Assembly (NCBI GenBank): GCA_944392265.1
Contig: CALXWC010000002.1
Coordinates: forward strand, 17,729-81,728
Origin: an uncultured Alphaproteobacteria bacterium
GTDB lineage: Bacteria; Pseudomonadota; Alphaproteobacteria; RF32; CAG-239
Reading direction: 5' to 3'
DNA length: 64,000 nucleotides
A program made the translations under genes and the position numbers. The notes below the pieces were generated by a model, which searched no databases, was not told the DNA's origin, and saw only the letters and a list, made by a program, of their open reading frames with translations. Of the stretch, positions 25,483 through 35,953 are shown piece after piece; positions within the stretch are counted from its first letter, which is position 1; every line of letters begins with the position of its first letter.

Positions 25483-27252
25483 TTATTTAAATTGGGCGGT
25501 ATACAAGGCTTTGTAAGCGCCATTTTCTTTTTCTAACAATTCTTGATGCGTGCCTTTTTCAACCACTTGACCATCATTGATAACCACTATCATATCTGCA
25601 TTCTGAATGGTTGATAAGCGGTGCGCAATCACAAAAACCGTTCTTTCTTTCATCAAATTTTCAATAGCTTTTTGAACAACGGCTTCAGACTTATTATCCA
25701 GCGCAGAAGTTGCCTCATCCAAAACAACAATCGGGGCATTTTTTACAAAGGCTCTGGCAATGGATAATCTTTGTCTTTGACCACCTGAAAGCAAGGTTCC
25801 TCTTTCTCCGATATCCGTATCCAAACCTTTTTCCTGCTCAGCTACAAATTCATCCAAACAAGCCATTTTGATAGCCTTGTGCAATTCTTCTTCCGTAGCG
25901 TTTGGATTTCCGACCAATAAGTTGTCTCTGATTGTGCCTCCGAACAAAAAGTTATCTTGGAAAACAACGGCAATTTGCTCTCTTAAACTTTCTAATGTTA
26001 AGTCTTGAATATTTTTACCGTCGATACTGATTTCACCTGATTTAATATCATAAAAGCGCGGCAACAAATTAACTATCGTGCTCTTTCCGCCACCGGAATT
26101 GCCCACCAAAGCAACCGTGGTTCCGGCTTTGATATTCAGATTGATATTTTTTAAGACAGGAACATCTTTTTCATATTCAAAATAAACATCTTTGAACTTA
26201 ATTTCTTTTTTCACTTCTTTGAGTTCTTGTGCTTTTTCCTTATTTTGAATTTCGGGCTGAACTTCCAAAATTTCAGAAATTCTTTCAATTGCCAAAAATG
26301 ATACTTGAACGGCATTAACGCTCTTGCCGATATTTTTGATTGGATTATAAAGCATAATCAAAGCCGTAATGAATGAAACAAAATTACCACTGGTGATGGT
26401 TCCATTAACAATCAAATAGCTACCGTAACCAATAACCGCACCCACACCGATTGCAGACATAACGTGCATCATTGGGGTGAGCCATGCCGTTTTTTGCACC
26501 ATCTTTATACCTAGGCGGAACAAGCGACGCAAAACAACATCATATTGTTCATACATTTTTTCTTTCAAGTTATAAGATGCAATGGTCTTGTTGCCGGCAT
26601 AGGTTTCATTATATTTGGTTAAAATTGTGCCGTTTTCTTTGACTTGTTCTTGAACCAAATTTTTTATCATTTTACGGATATTTGCCAATGGGGCTAAAGC
26701 GCCTCCCAAAACCACAATGGCAATTAAGGCTAGCTGCCATGAATTATAAAACAATACGCAGATTAATGAGATGGATGAAAATACCCTTGAGGTAAACAAG
26801 CGAACATTATCCAATAAGCCGGTGCACGCCGTATCGGCATCGGTTGAAAAACGTTGGATAATCAATCCAGAATCATTTTTATCAAAAAAGGACGGCTCTA
26901 ATAATAACAGTTTTTTATACAAATCTCTTTTTACATCTTGTGTGATTTTCATACCTACCCAAGAGTTCATATAGGTAGAAAGATAGGTTAAACCACCTTG
27001 GAAAACCGTAAACAAAACAATGACTAAAGGAATAATGGCCGGAGATTGAGCTGATTTGTCAACCAAAACAATATCCATATATGGCTTTAAGGCCCAAGCA
27101 ATTACCGCATCCAAAGCACCAATCGGAATACTTAAGGCCACAGCAAAAATTGCTCGGTAATAATAGGGAGTTATGTAAGGTAACATTTTTTTATAATGCG
27201 CAGAAAACTTCATTTTCGGCGCAGTTGCAACGGCATGTAAATCAACTGTCAT
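25483..27252 (-). CDS. ABC exporter, fused permease-ATPase (MsbA-like)
   Basis: Six-TM exporter domain, then GNSGGGKST (Walker A), LSGGQRQR (signature) and VVLDEATSALD (Walker B). Confidence 0.88.
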   Translation of the reverse strand: MTVDLHAVATAPKMKFSAHYKKMLPYITPYYYRAIFAVALSIPIGALDAVIAWALKPYMDIVLVDKSAQSPAIIPLVIVLFTVFQGGLTYLSTYMNSWVGMKITQDVKRDLYKKLLLLEPSFFDKNDSGLIIQRFSTDADTACTGLLDNVRLFTSRVFSSISLICVLFYNSWQLALIAIVVLGGALAPLANIRKMIKNLVQEQVKENGTILTKYNETYAGNKTIASYNLKEKMYEQYDVVLRRLFRLGIKMVQKTAWLTPMMHVMSAIGVGAVIGYGSYLIVNGTITSGNFVSFITALIMLYNPIKNIGKSVNAVQVSFLAIERISEILEVQPEIQNKEKAQELKEVKKEIKFKDVYFEYEKDVPVLKNINLNIKAGTTVALVGNSGGGKSTIVNLLPRFYDIKSGEISIDGKNIQDLTLESLREQIAVVFQDNFLFGGTIRDNLLVGNPNATEEELHKAIKMACLDEFVAEQEKGLDTDIGERGTLLSGGQRQRLSIARAFVKNAPIVVLDEATSALDNKSEAVVQKAIENLMKERTVFVIAHRLSTIQNADMIVVINDGQVVEKGTHQELLEKENGAYKALYTAQFK

Positions 27253-27260
27253 CTAAGTTC

Positions 27261-27698
27261 CTATATCAACTGCAAATATTTTAAAATTATATATATTGCA
27301 GCAAATTCTAATATTATCATTAAATAAAACATGGCGCGGAAACTTTTTTTGACCGTTTTGTGGTGAAAAAGTTTTTGCGCAACCAAAGCTCCGAACCATC
27401 CGCCCAAGAACTCTAACGTATGAAGCGTATTTTCCGGAACGCGCCAAGCATGTCTGATTGCGGCTCTTTTGTCAACATAATAGGCAATCATTGTGACTAA
27501 GTTTATGCTGATTAATTGAAACACCAAAAACAATAATAAGGTTTTGTTACCAAAGACACTGGCTCTGAAGTAATGTGTCTCAATATAATAAGCACTCAAT
27601 ATCACAATACCACAATGCAGAATATAAAAGCTATTTTTTTGCAAGGGGCGAATTAGTGCCAACAAACCAATCAGAATTATAGAAAAAGTTAAAACCAT
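27261..27698 (-). CDS. DUF1294-family membrane protein
   Basis: ...YYVDKRAAIRHAWRVPENTLHTLEFLGGWFGALVAQKLFHHKT.K..F matches the DUF1294 signature. Overlaps the upstream gene by 10 nt. Confidence 0.75.
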   Translation of the reverse strand: MVLTFSIILIGLLALIRPLQKNSFYILHCGIVILSAYYIETHYFRASVFGNKTLLLFLVFQLISINLVTMIAYYVDKRAAIRHAWRVPENTLHTLEFLGGWFGALVAQKLFHHKTVKKSFRAMFYLMIILEFAAIYIILKYLQLI

Positions 27699-28858
27699 TT
27701 AACATCGTCCTTCTTGTCTTCTAAATTTGAATTACGTTTGGTAAAATCAGGCACCAACGGTTCTTTGAAGTTTTTCTTCATATCAATTTCTTTGGCGGCT
27801 TCTGCCAACAATGCTGATCTTTCTTGTGGTTTGGGGTGCGTATCTGTTGAAAAATAGATACTATTTTTGCTTCTGGCCGCTAATTTTTTCTGCATTAAGC
27901 CCATTTCTTTATAATTATATCCGGCTCTGGCCATATAATATACGCTTAAGTAATCTGCCTCGAACTCAAAATCTTTAGAATATATTTTTGCACCAAGCTC
28001 CGAACCTGCATTGGTTGCCAAATTGGTCGTATTGTAAGTCAGCCCATCGATTATACCTCCGACAATTGCACCAACTGCGGCATTCATCTGGCTGGCTTCC
28101 GGATGGCCTAACGTATTATGCGCTAATTCATGCGCCATTACGGCCGCCAATTCCATATCATTTTGCATATAGTCAATAATGGCTTCCGTCATATAGATGT
28201 CTTCACCATCAGCATAAGCGTTAATTTCTTTATCATCCTTGGCTATTTTTAAGTCATATGGGCATACATTATCCGGTTTGATAGTGATTGTTTTGAATTT
28301 TCCTTTGCGTTCAATCTCTACTTCTACCGGCATACCTAAATTTTGGCTGGTTAAATTCTCATCTAAAATCTCTTGAAATTCTTCCTTAGCATCGGTCACA
28401 TTCGGTGCAGCCACACCAAAAATGGAAACAATCTTGTCCATCGGTTTTAAACCGGCTTTATCTGCTGCTGAGTTCGGAATCACATAACGCACATAAATAA
28501 CATTATCTTCGGCAAAATAATTTAAGGCTTTTAAATCTTCCTCTTCTTGCTTTTCTTCTTTACTGGAAATATGCCACCAATTTTTTTTGGGACGATAAAC
28601 GCCGACATCAAAACCAAGCCCTGGCTTTAGTTTGCGATCACACAATTCTTCTCCGGTATTTTTCTTTAAATTATAAAAAATTGTCTGGATTTTTTTATCT
28701 CTTTGAACAGCATAATTTTGAGCATAAAGATAATGCTCTTGTCTGAGCTTATCTTGATCGACCCAGCTGGTTTTTGGTAAGCTTGCCGTTGGAGTGGCGC
28801 AAGAACTTAAAATGACGCTTGTTCCTAAAACCAAGCTTAATGTTCCGGCTAATTTCAT
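27689..28858 (-). CDS. M48-family zinc metallopeptidase lipoprotein with an N-terminal PDZ-like domain
   Basis: Lipobox ILSSC; PDZ-like IPNSAADKAGLKPMDKIVSI; HELAHNTLGH (HExxH); downstream FEFEADYLSVYY and THPKPQER as in M48. Confidence 0.85.
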   Translation of the reverse strand: MKLAGTLSLVLGTSVILSSCATPTASLPKTSWVDQDKLRQEHYLYAQNYAVQRDKKIQTIFYNLKKNTGEELCDRKLKPGLGFDVGVYRPKKNWWHISSKEEKQEEEDLKALNYFAEDNVIYVRYVIPNSAADKAGLKPMDKIVSIFGVAAPNVTDAKEEFQEILDENLTSQNLGMPVEVEIERKGKFKTITIKPDNVCPYDLKIAKDDKEINAYADGEDIYMTEAIIDYMQNDMELAAVMAHELAHNTLGHPEASQMNAAVGAIVGGIIDGLTYNTTNLATNAGSELGAKIYSKDFEFEADYLSVYYMARAGYNYKEMGLMQKKLAARSKNSIYFSTDTHPKPQERSALLAEAAKEIDMKKNFKEPLVPDFTKRNSNLEDKKDDVKWF

Positions 28859-29136
28859 TTATACTTCCTCTTATTTTTGTTTTGTTCTCTCATAAAATCT
28901 TCATATTGAGGACAATCCGCATATGATATGTTACGACGACGGAACTCTATTAAAATTCGATTGAGAATGAAACCATCATCCTGATAATCAAACATGGCTT
29001 CACATAAGTCTTCTCGTGACGCCCTTCCTGCCCAAGAGTTCATTAATTCCGGATGTTGATAGAACTCATGTTTGTTTATACCTGACGAACAAGCACTCAA
29101 CAAAAATAAAATTGAAAATACAATCTTTTTCATCAT
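28855..29136 (-). CDS. Small hypothetical lipoprotein (93 aa)
   Basis: Lipobox LLSAC. Its stop overlaps the M48 start (ATGA). Confidence 0.6.
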   Translation of the reverse strand: MMKKIVFSILFLLSACSSGINKHEFYQHPELMNSWAGRASREDLCEAMFDYQDDGFILNRILIEFRRRNISYADCPQYEDFMREQNKNKRKYK

Positions 29137-29290
29137 CTTTTTCCTTTATGTTTTTTTAAGAATATATAATTTTTTATAAATTGCAATTGAGATTATCCGT
29201 TTTGAAGTGAATAAGTCAAAAAAAGCTGATGAGATTTTATTTTTTTTCGAATATATTAAGAAAAAATTAATATAACTTTCAGGATGAAAA

Positions 29291-30067
29291 ATGAAAAATT
29301 GTTTATTGTTTGCTGCTTTTTTGAGCGTTTTGTGTTCTTGCAAACCTTATAGTGATGAAATGATGTATTATTACGAAGATGAAAATGCATCTCCGGAAGC
29401 CAGTGCTGCACCTACAAAGTCTGTTTCTTCCGAAGATTTAATCACTCCACCTTCCATGCAAGAAGATATGAGAGAAGAAATTGTTCAGAAAACAACAATT
29501 AAAGAAGATATCCAAGAAGAGGTTGTAGAAATTCCTGTTGAGAAAACTCAAAAAAAAATTGAGCAAGCTTCAAAGTCTGAGCCTAAAAAAGCACAAGACC
29601 TTATTCCCGTAACTTATGGTAAAACAGTTGCTCCTGATTTTGACAACAAAACACAACCTGAATTTTCTAGTGACAGTGTCTCTCCGAAAGTTTATGCGAT
29701 TGTTGCTACACGTGGTGTAAATAGGATGTTGGACCAAACACAAAACCTGTATCAAGAACAAAATAAAAAACCGAAACTGCTTATTCAAAAGGCAGAAAAA
29801 TTAAACAAAGATTTGCCTGATGGTTTTAATTATGCCAACAAAACTGTTTATGATATTGTCAGCGGATCTCAAAACTATATGTTGGTTGATAAACTTGATG
29901 ATGCAGACTATGTGTTAGAATCTTCTTTTGATGCCAAAGTCAACCCCAACATGCCTTCTCCGATTATCATTTTTAACTTAAGTTTGAAAGATAAAGACGG
30001 CAAGGTTATTGATTCTTGGCAAGAAAGCATTAAGCAAGTGGAAAATGACGACCAAAGTTGGTGGTAA
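29291..30067 (+). CDS. Hypothetical lipoprotein (258 aa)
   Basis: Lipobox VLCSC; acidic low-complexity linker; C-terminal globular part with a DADYVLES motif. Confidence 0.65.
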   Translation: MKNCLLFAAFLSVLCSCKPYSDEMMYYYEDENASPEASAAPTKSVSSEDLITPPSMQEDMREEIVQKTTIKEDIQEEVVEIPVEKTQKKIEQASKSEPKKAQDLIPVTYGKTVAPDFDNKTQPEFSSDSVSPKVYAIVATRGVNRMLDQTQNLYQEQNKKPKLLIQKAEKLNKDLPDGFNYANKTVYDIVSGSQNYMLVDKLDDADYVLESSFDAKVNPNMPSPIIIFNLSLKDKDGKVIDSWQESIKQVENDDQSWW

Positions 30068-31072
30068 GTGATGCGCATTTGTCGGTATTCATATTTATTT
30101 TTTCTTCCTTGCCTTTTTATGGCAGATATTGCTTTTGCTGAAAATGACTTCTCAGAAGAAAATTCTTCTCGTGTTTTGTTTGCCAAAGCATGTGAAAAAA
30201 TTTCTAAAGAAGAAACAATATCTTCTATTAGGTTAAGAGCTACCGACAAAGCTACTTTTCAAGCTGTTCAGGCTTTGGATGAAATCAAAAATCTGGATAA
30301 AGAATTTAGTTCACATGATAAAAACGTTATTATTTATGATATCGTTGATAATTATGTGGAAGATTTAGGCGTTCAGACAACCAAGCAGGATAACAATCGA
30401 ATCTGCGTTGAAGTTACAGGTTTTGTAACACCTGAAAATATTGCTTTGGCTGTAAAATCTTTTAAGGAAAACACACCCAACTCTTCTTTGGAAGAAGATA
30501 AGCCCTCTTTTGAAGATAATAAAGAGATTTCTGAGACTTCAGATATTGCTTCATCTTCAGAAGAAGAATTTGTTAAAGAAGACACTCCTGAAGAAATTAT
30601 TCAAACTTCAACTTCTGCTTCTTTGGTATCCGGCAAAGCAAAAAAACTGTATGTTGCACCGCTAGAGTTTTATAACAACACAAAATCTACCTCTTTTGCC
30701 CAAATATTACTCAAGGTTTTTGAAAACAACCCTTATTTTGATATTACACAAAATGAAAATGAGGCTGATTATATTATCAATTCTAAAGTTCTGCGTGCCA
30801 AAGTTGATAATATCAATAGTCAGACAAACCGTATGCAAATGGTTTTAATGGTTGAAGCTCAATATGTTGATGAAAAAACATCCAGCACAGAACACCAAAA
30901 CCAATTTATTTTGTTTTCTAAAAATGATGATGAGCAAAAAGTGGCCTCAAAACTTATGCAAAAGTTGTTAACCAAAGCGGCAAAAGTCATTCTGAAAAAA
31001 GTTGAGAAAAACGCTCAAATCACTCAAAAACAATCTCAAAATGAGGCTTCAGGCATGATTACTCCGAAATAG
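30068..31072 (+). CDS. Hypothetical secreted protein (334 aa)
   Basis: Starts (GTG ATG) immediately after the upstream stop. Signal peptide; acidic linker; C-terminal part with an EADYIINS motif. Confidence 0.65.
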   Translation: MMRICRYSYLFFLPCLFMADIAFAENDFSEENSSRVLFAKACEKISKEETISSIRLRATDKATFQAVQALDEIKNLDKEFSSHDKNVIIYDIVDNYVEDLGVQTTKQDNNRICVEVTGFVTPENIALAVKSFKENTPNSSLEEDKPSFEDNKEISETSDIASSSEEEFVKEDTPEEIIQTSTSASLVSGKAKKLYVAPLEFYNNTKSTSFAQILLKVFENNPYFDITQNENEADYIINSKVLRAKVDNINSQTNRMQMVLMVEAQYVDEKTSSTEHQNQFILFSKNDDEQKVASKLMQKLLTKAAKVILKKVEKNAQITQKQSQNEASGMITPK

Positions 31073-31074
31073 GA

Positions 31075-31872
31075 TTAATCTAACCCCATGGCAATATGTG
31101 TTGATATTGGCAATAAACTCCAACTGAAGTTAGAAAGTTTTTCTACTCCTTTTGAAGCATAATATTCTTGCAATTTAGCCTTGAGCTTTTGTTCGTATTC
31201 CGGAATTTCTGCCTTATCTATATTGACATACAAACTTAAATCCAAACTTAGGAAAACACCGCGGGTAATGTCATAATCATAGACGCATATTTTTCCTTGC
31301 AGCTCATTTAATAAAATTTTCTGTACATTTTTAAAATGTTCAATGTAGTTATAATTTTTATATTTTTTATATAGCTCTAAATAATCTTCCTCTCCGACAC
31401 ATAACGGATTGGTTAATATTCTCTCTAATAAATTTGTATTGGCTGTAATGGTTGCAAACTTCAAAATAATGGCAAAATAATCTTTCATACCTTGATTAAA
31501 ATCTTCAAAACAAGGTTTCAATAGACTTGCTGCCATATCTAACAAACCTAAGTTCAGCAAATTATTTACATACAAATACCTTTCTGCACGACCTAAATCT
31601 ATGCCCATATCCCAGATTTTATATGCAAGAGCTTTAGCTTTATCATAATTTCCAAGCATTGTATTTACTTGCATTAAAGCGATGTAAATCAGTTCATCTT
31701 CAGGATCTTCGGCAGCCTCTTCATATAAAGAGTGCTCAATTTGGAGAATGGTCTCTATTTTGTTAAACGGAAGATCCATTAATTGTTTATACAAAAACAA
31801 AACTTGATCATCATATTCATCATCATCATTTTGCAAATAACTAGATGCCATAGCTTGATTATATTCTTCCAT
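31075..31872 (-). CDS. Hypothetical acidic protein (265 aa)
   Basis: Starts 3 nt after the dtd stop, so likely co-transcribed. No recognisable motif. Confidence 0.6.
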   Translation of the reverse strand: MEEYNQAMASSYLQNDDDEYDDQVLFLYKQLMDLPFNKIETILQIEHSLYEEAAEDPEDELIYIALMQVNTMLGNYDKAKALAYKIWDMGIDLGRAERYLYVNNLLNLGLLDMAASLLKPCFEDFNQGMKDYFAIILKFATITANTNLLERILTNPLCVGEEDYLELYKKYKNYNYIEHFKNVQKILLNELQGKICVYDYDITRGVFLSLDLSLYVNIDKAEIPEYEQKLKAKLQEYYASKGVEKLSNFSWSLLPISTHIAMGLD

Positions 31873-31874
31873 CT

Positions 31875-32318
31875 TTACACCCTTTTTTCTAACATAAATG
31901 TAACCGGTCCGTCATTTATTAATTCTACCTGCATATCTGCCTGAAAAATTCCGGTTTGCGTTATTATACCGTAACCTCTTAAACATTCTACAAAATATTC
32001 ATATAATGGCTTGGCGTCTTCGGGTCTGGCTGCGGTTTCAAATCCAGGGCGATTACCGCGACTTGTATCTCCGGCTAAGGTAAATTGAGATACGGCTAAA
32101 AGCTCACCTTTAACATCTTGAACAGATAGATTCATTTTACCTTCCATGTCTTCAAAAATGCGTAAGTTTACAACTTTTTTTGCCAGATATTCGGCCTCTT
32201 TTTTACCGTCACCTTTTTCCACGCCCAGTAAAATCAGCATTCCTTTACCAATTTTTGAATAAAGCTGCCCATTAATTTCAACCGATGCTCTTTTTACTCT
32301 TTGCACCAATGCCTTCAT
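31875..32318 (-). CDS. dtd: D-aminoacyl-tRNA deacylase
   Basis: [11 protein letters not shown].........[11 protein letters not shown]...D...EA.YLAKKV..LRIF.D...KMN.S...SQFTL.GD...GNRP.F; 147 aa. Confidence 0.92.
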   Translation of the reverse strand: MKALVQRVKRASVEINGQLYSKIGKGMLILLGVEKGDGKKEAEYLAKKVVNLRIFEDMEGKMNLSVQDVKGELLAVSQFTLAGDTSRGNRPGFETAARPEDAKPLYEYFVECLRGYGIITQTGIFQADMQVELINDGPVTFMLEKRV

Positions 32319-32402
32319 ATTTTTATTTTCCTTTTATTTACCAATGGTATTTATTATAAAACATATTATATTTAAGATAGTTTTAATTATCGGATAAAAT
32401 TT

Positions 32403-33644
32403 ATGAAAAAAATTTATTTTGTTTTACTTACTTTAGTCTTTGCTTCTTCTTGCTCATCTTTAGGTAAAGGAATCGCAGAAGCTGTTTTGGAAAATGATAA
32501 TGCCCCCTCTACACTTCAATGCGATATCAGAGGAGATAAGTTTGACGGTATCAATCAATATTTTGCAAACGGAAAAGTGGTTAAAGTTTTAATCATCCAC
32601 GGCGTGGGAACACATCAATCCGGATATTCTGGCAGAATCCGTGATAATTTATGCAAAAAGCTTAATTTACACATTGTTTCAAGATGTCCGAAAAACATCA
32701 CTTTGATTGACCCGAAAGATAAAAAAACTGTTATCGGGACATTACGTGTTTCCAGAGCTCAAAGCAAAGACCTTAAAAAGACAATCCTTTTTTATGAGTT
32801 GGCTTGGTCTGAAACAACAATTGCTCAAAAACAAATCTTAAAATATGATATGGCCAAAGAAAACACTTATAAACGCGCGGCTTTTAACAATGTGGTTAAA
32901 GGATTTATGAATGATACCGTTCCTGACCCACTGATTTATTTAACCGATGAGCATAATTACATTTTGAATGCAACCAAGCAATCTACATGTTGGATGCTTG
33001 GAAAAAGCTGGGAACAATTAAAAGATGGTTCTCATGAGCCTTGCCGAGTTGCTCCTTACAAACAAATCAAAGCTTTGAGCGAAGATAATATTATTTTTGT
33101 AACCCATAGTTTGGGAAGCAGAATCTTTATTGATGCCATGTTAAGTCTTGCCGATGATGTGGCTTCGGCTGAAAAATCTGCTAAGGCGCAACAATATATC
33201 AACCAACTTAAAAACAAAGAATTGACTGTATTTATGCTGGCTAACCAATTGCCATTTTTGCAAATTGGGCGAAAAGTTCCCAAGATTCACGGGCAGATGG
33301 TATCCTATTGCCAAGAAGGCGGTAAAAATTATTCCAACCGTATATTCAAACGTTTGAATATTGTTGCTTTCTCTGACCCAAATGATATCTTGAGTTATAC
33401 TATTCCGCAAAGTTTTGTTGACAATTATTTAGATTCAAGAATTTGTCCGTTTGTAACTAATGTTAATCTAAATATTATCGAACCGGTTTCTGCTTTTGGA
33501 ATTAGTGCCGTTAACCCATTGGCCGCGCACACAAATTATGATAATGACGGTCGTGTTTTAGAGATTATTACCCAGGGAACTCAAGATAATGTAAACGAGG
33601 CCATTACTTCGGGTAAATGTTATTTTTATGAAGCTCGTGATTAG
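32403..33644 (+). CDS. Lipoprotein with a putative alpha/beta-hydrolase (lipase/esterase-like) core
   Basis: Lipobox FASSC; IIHGVG; nucleophile elbow THSLGS; later SDPNDIL and AAHTNY as candidate Asp and His. Confidence 0.65.
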   Translation: MKKIYFVLLTLVFASSCSSLGKGIAEAVLENDNAPSTLQCDIRGDKFDGINQYFANGKVVKVLIIHGVGTHQSGYSGRIRDNLCKKLNLHIVSRCPKNITLIDPKDKKTVIGTLRVSRAQSKDLKKTILFYELAWSETTIAQKQILKYDMAKENTYKRAAFNNVVKGFMNDTVPDPLIYLTDEHNYILNATKQSTCWMLGKSWEQLKDGSHEPCRVAPYKQIKALSEDNIIFVTHSLGSRIFIDAMLSLADDVASAEKSAKAQQYINQLKNKELTVFMLANQLPFLQIGRKVPKIHGQMVSYCQEGGKNYSNRIFKRLNIVAFSDPNDILSYTIPQSFVDNYLDSRICPFVTNVNLNIIEPVSAFGISAVNPLAAHTNYDNDGRVLEIITQGTQDNVNEAITSGKCYFYEARD

Positions 33645-33653
33645 GAGTTGTGT

Positions 33654-34616
33654 ATGACAGAATATAATATTTATGACAATAAACGCTTTATTTTGGACGG
33701 CAACGGCGGATTATCTGATGAAGATAATGGAAAATTTGCCATTTGGCATAATCTGGATTATCAGAACCCTAATACTTATCAGATTTTGATTGAAAATTAT
33801 CAGCTCGACCCTTTGGTCGTAGATGCGCTTTGTGATTCTGATACACGCCCGCGTTTTGTTTGCTATGATACAGGAATTTTGCTTATTTTGCGCGCTATCA
33901 ACCTTAATCCGGGAAGTAACCCTGAAGATATGATTTCTTTAAGGTTTTGGATTGATGAAAATAAAATCATTTCTCTTCAACACCGCAACCTGAAAAGCAT
34001 TAAAAAAATTGCCGATGCTTTAGAAAACAACATGGGTCCCAAAACACCTATGCAATGTTTTCTTACCTTTGCCAATGCCATTGCCGATGTGATTGTTAAA
34101 ACCACCAATGACTTAACGGACCGCACAGACGATATTGAAGAAGAAATCATTGATATTCAAGATATGGACGACCTTAAAATTCGTGGTGAAATTAATGATT
34201 TGCGCCATGAGATTATTGCTTTGCGCCGCTATATTGCGCCAATGCGTGAGGTATTCCAAAACTTGCAGTTAGAAAAAAATATTCTCATTACACCAAAAGT
34301 CAAAATCCGTCTTAAAGAAGTGGCTAATGATGTGGTTAAATCTTTGGAAGATTTAGATTATTGTCGTGAGCATATTTCTTTTTATCATGAAGAATTGCAA
34401 GGTAGAATCAGTATTAATATGAGCCGAATTATGTATATTATATCCATATTCACCGCCATATTTTTACCTTTAACTTTAATTACAGGTTTGCTCGGTATTA
34501 ATGTGCAAGGAATCCCAATGGCAGACAATGAACATGCTTTTTGGATTGTTTGCGGAATTATGCTCCTTGTCAGTTTGGCTCTGGTTTACTTTATGAAAAA
34601 GAAACGTTGGATGTAA
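33654..34616 (+). CDS. CorA-superfamily divalent-cation transporter (ZntB-like)
   Basis: Two C-terminal TM helices with LPLTLITGLLGINVQGIP (GxN motif region). Start set at the ATG 6 nt after AGGAG. Confidence 0.83.
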   Translation: MTEYNIYDNKRFILDGNGGLSDEDNGKFAIWHNLDYQNPNTYQILIENYQLDPLVVDALCDSDTRPRFVCYDTGILLILRAINLNPGSNPEDMISLRFWIDENKIISLQHRNLKSIKKIADALENNMGPKTPMQCFLTFANAIADVIVKTTNDLTDRTDDIEEEIIDIQDMDDLKIRGEINDLRHEIIALRRYIAPMREVFQNLQLEKNILITPKVKIRLKEVANDVVKSLEDLDYCREHISFYHEELQGRISINMSRIMYIISIFTAIFLPLTLITGLLGINVQGIPMADNEHAFWIVCGIMLLVSLALVYFMKKKRWM

Positions 34617-34621
34617 AAAAA

Positions 34622-35854
34622 TCATCCTTGATAAAACATATAGCCAAAGCAAACGGCGGCAATTACGCCTGCTAAATCGGCAAGCAATGCACATGGCAGA
34701 GCATGTCTGACTTTGCTGATTTTGACCGCACCAAAATAAACCGCCAAAACATAAAACGTGGTTTCTGTTGAGCCTTGAACAATGCAAGAAATAAAGGCCG
34801 GAAAGCTATCTGCTCCATAAGTTTGCATAGTTTCTATCATCATCGCTCTGGCGCCACTGCCTGACAATGGTTTGAGTAAAGCCGTGGGAAGTGCAGCCAC
34901 AAAAGCTGTATCCAAGCCACAAAAGGCAAAGAATCTTTCAAAACCAAGCACTATTAAATCTAATACACCCGAACTTCTTAAAACAGCAATGGCAGCCAAC
35001 ATTGCCACCAGATATGGCACAATGCGAATGGCTATATCAAAACCTTCTTTGGCGCCTTGAATAAAGGTTTCATAAACATTGAGTTTTTTTATTGCTCCGG
35101 CGACGATAAAAAGGATGATAAAGCCAAACAAAATAGCGTTTCCCCATTCAGCAGAAACTTTCAATCGCACATCTGCCGGAAGAGAAGTAAAATACCAAGC
35201 TACACCGCCGATAATGATGAAAAAAGCCAACATATAACTTAAGACAACTCGATTAAAAATATTGAGCTTTTGCACAAATGCCACACTTAAAAAACCCACC
35301 AATGTGGATATTGAGGTTGCAAACAAAATTGGCATAAATACGGCTGCCGGATTAGAGCTTCCAAGCTCTGCTCGGTACATGAGAATCGTAATCGGGATTA
35401 AGGTCACGGCAGAGGCATTAATCACCATAAATAAAATTTGGGCATTGGAAGCTTCATCTTTCTTTTTGTTTAACTCTTGCAATTGCTCCATAGCTTTCAA
35501 GCCCATCGGGGTAGCGGCATTATCCAAGCCCAGAACATTGGCCGCCATATTCATAATCATTGAGCCCATAGCCGGATGCCCTTTCGGTACTTCGGGCATT
35601 ATTTTGCAAAACAAAGGTTGTAAAATCTTGGCTAAAACCTTGGTTAACCCCGATTGTTCGGCTATTTTTAATAGCCCTAACCACAAGCACAAGATGCCGG
35701 TTAAATTCAAAGAAATGCTGAATGCCGTTTTGGCTGAAGAAAAAATATCTCCGATGATGTTTGTCCATACACCATCTACACCTAAAATTAAACTTTGCAC
35801 AATAGCGGCAATAAAACCTAATACAAAAAATGAAACCCATATAATATTCAGCAT
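34622..35854 (-). CDS. Nucleoside-recognition-domain membrane protein (fused SpmA/SpmB-like)
   Basis: 410-aa polytopic protein; N-terminal half has the SpmA-like ...GILCLWLGLLKIAEQSGL...MNMAANVLGLDNAATPMGLKAM pattern. Confidence 0.78.
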   Translation of the reverse strand: MLNIIWVSFFVLGFIAAIVQSLILGVDGVWTNIIGDIFSSAKTAFSISLNLTGILCLWLGLLKIAEQSGLTKVLAKILQPLFCKIMPEVPKGHPAMGSMIMNMAANVLGLDNAATPMGLKAMEQLQELNKKKDEASNAQILFMVINASAVTLIPITILMYRAELGSSNPAAVFMPILFATSISTLVGFLSVAFVQKLNIFNRVVLSYMLAFFIIIGGVAWYFTSLPADVRLKVSAEWGNAILFGFIILFIVAGAIKKLNVYETFIQGAKEGFDIAIRIVPYLVAMLAAIAVLRSSGVLDLIVLGFERFFAFCGLDTAFVAALPTALLKPLSGSGARAMMIETMQTYGADSFPAFISCIVQGSTETTFYVLAVYFGAVKISKVRHALPCALLADLAGVIAAVCFGYMFYQG

Positions 35855-35953
35855 TTTTTTCTCCTTATCTGGATATTAATTAATTTTTTTTAATAAATCT
35901 TAAAGATTCAAACCCTTATGATGTGGGCATATAATTTTTTAGGGAGTTATGTT

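Noticed and set aside
35262-35879. 205-aa plus-strand ORF, with further long antisense ORFs at 4163-4759, 20542-21039, 50315-50689 and 44888-45286.
   Set aside because: Each lies fully inside, and antisense to, a confidently identified gene (spmAB-like, DegT, mscK-like, fba, TolC-like). The translations are low-complexity.
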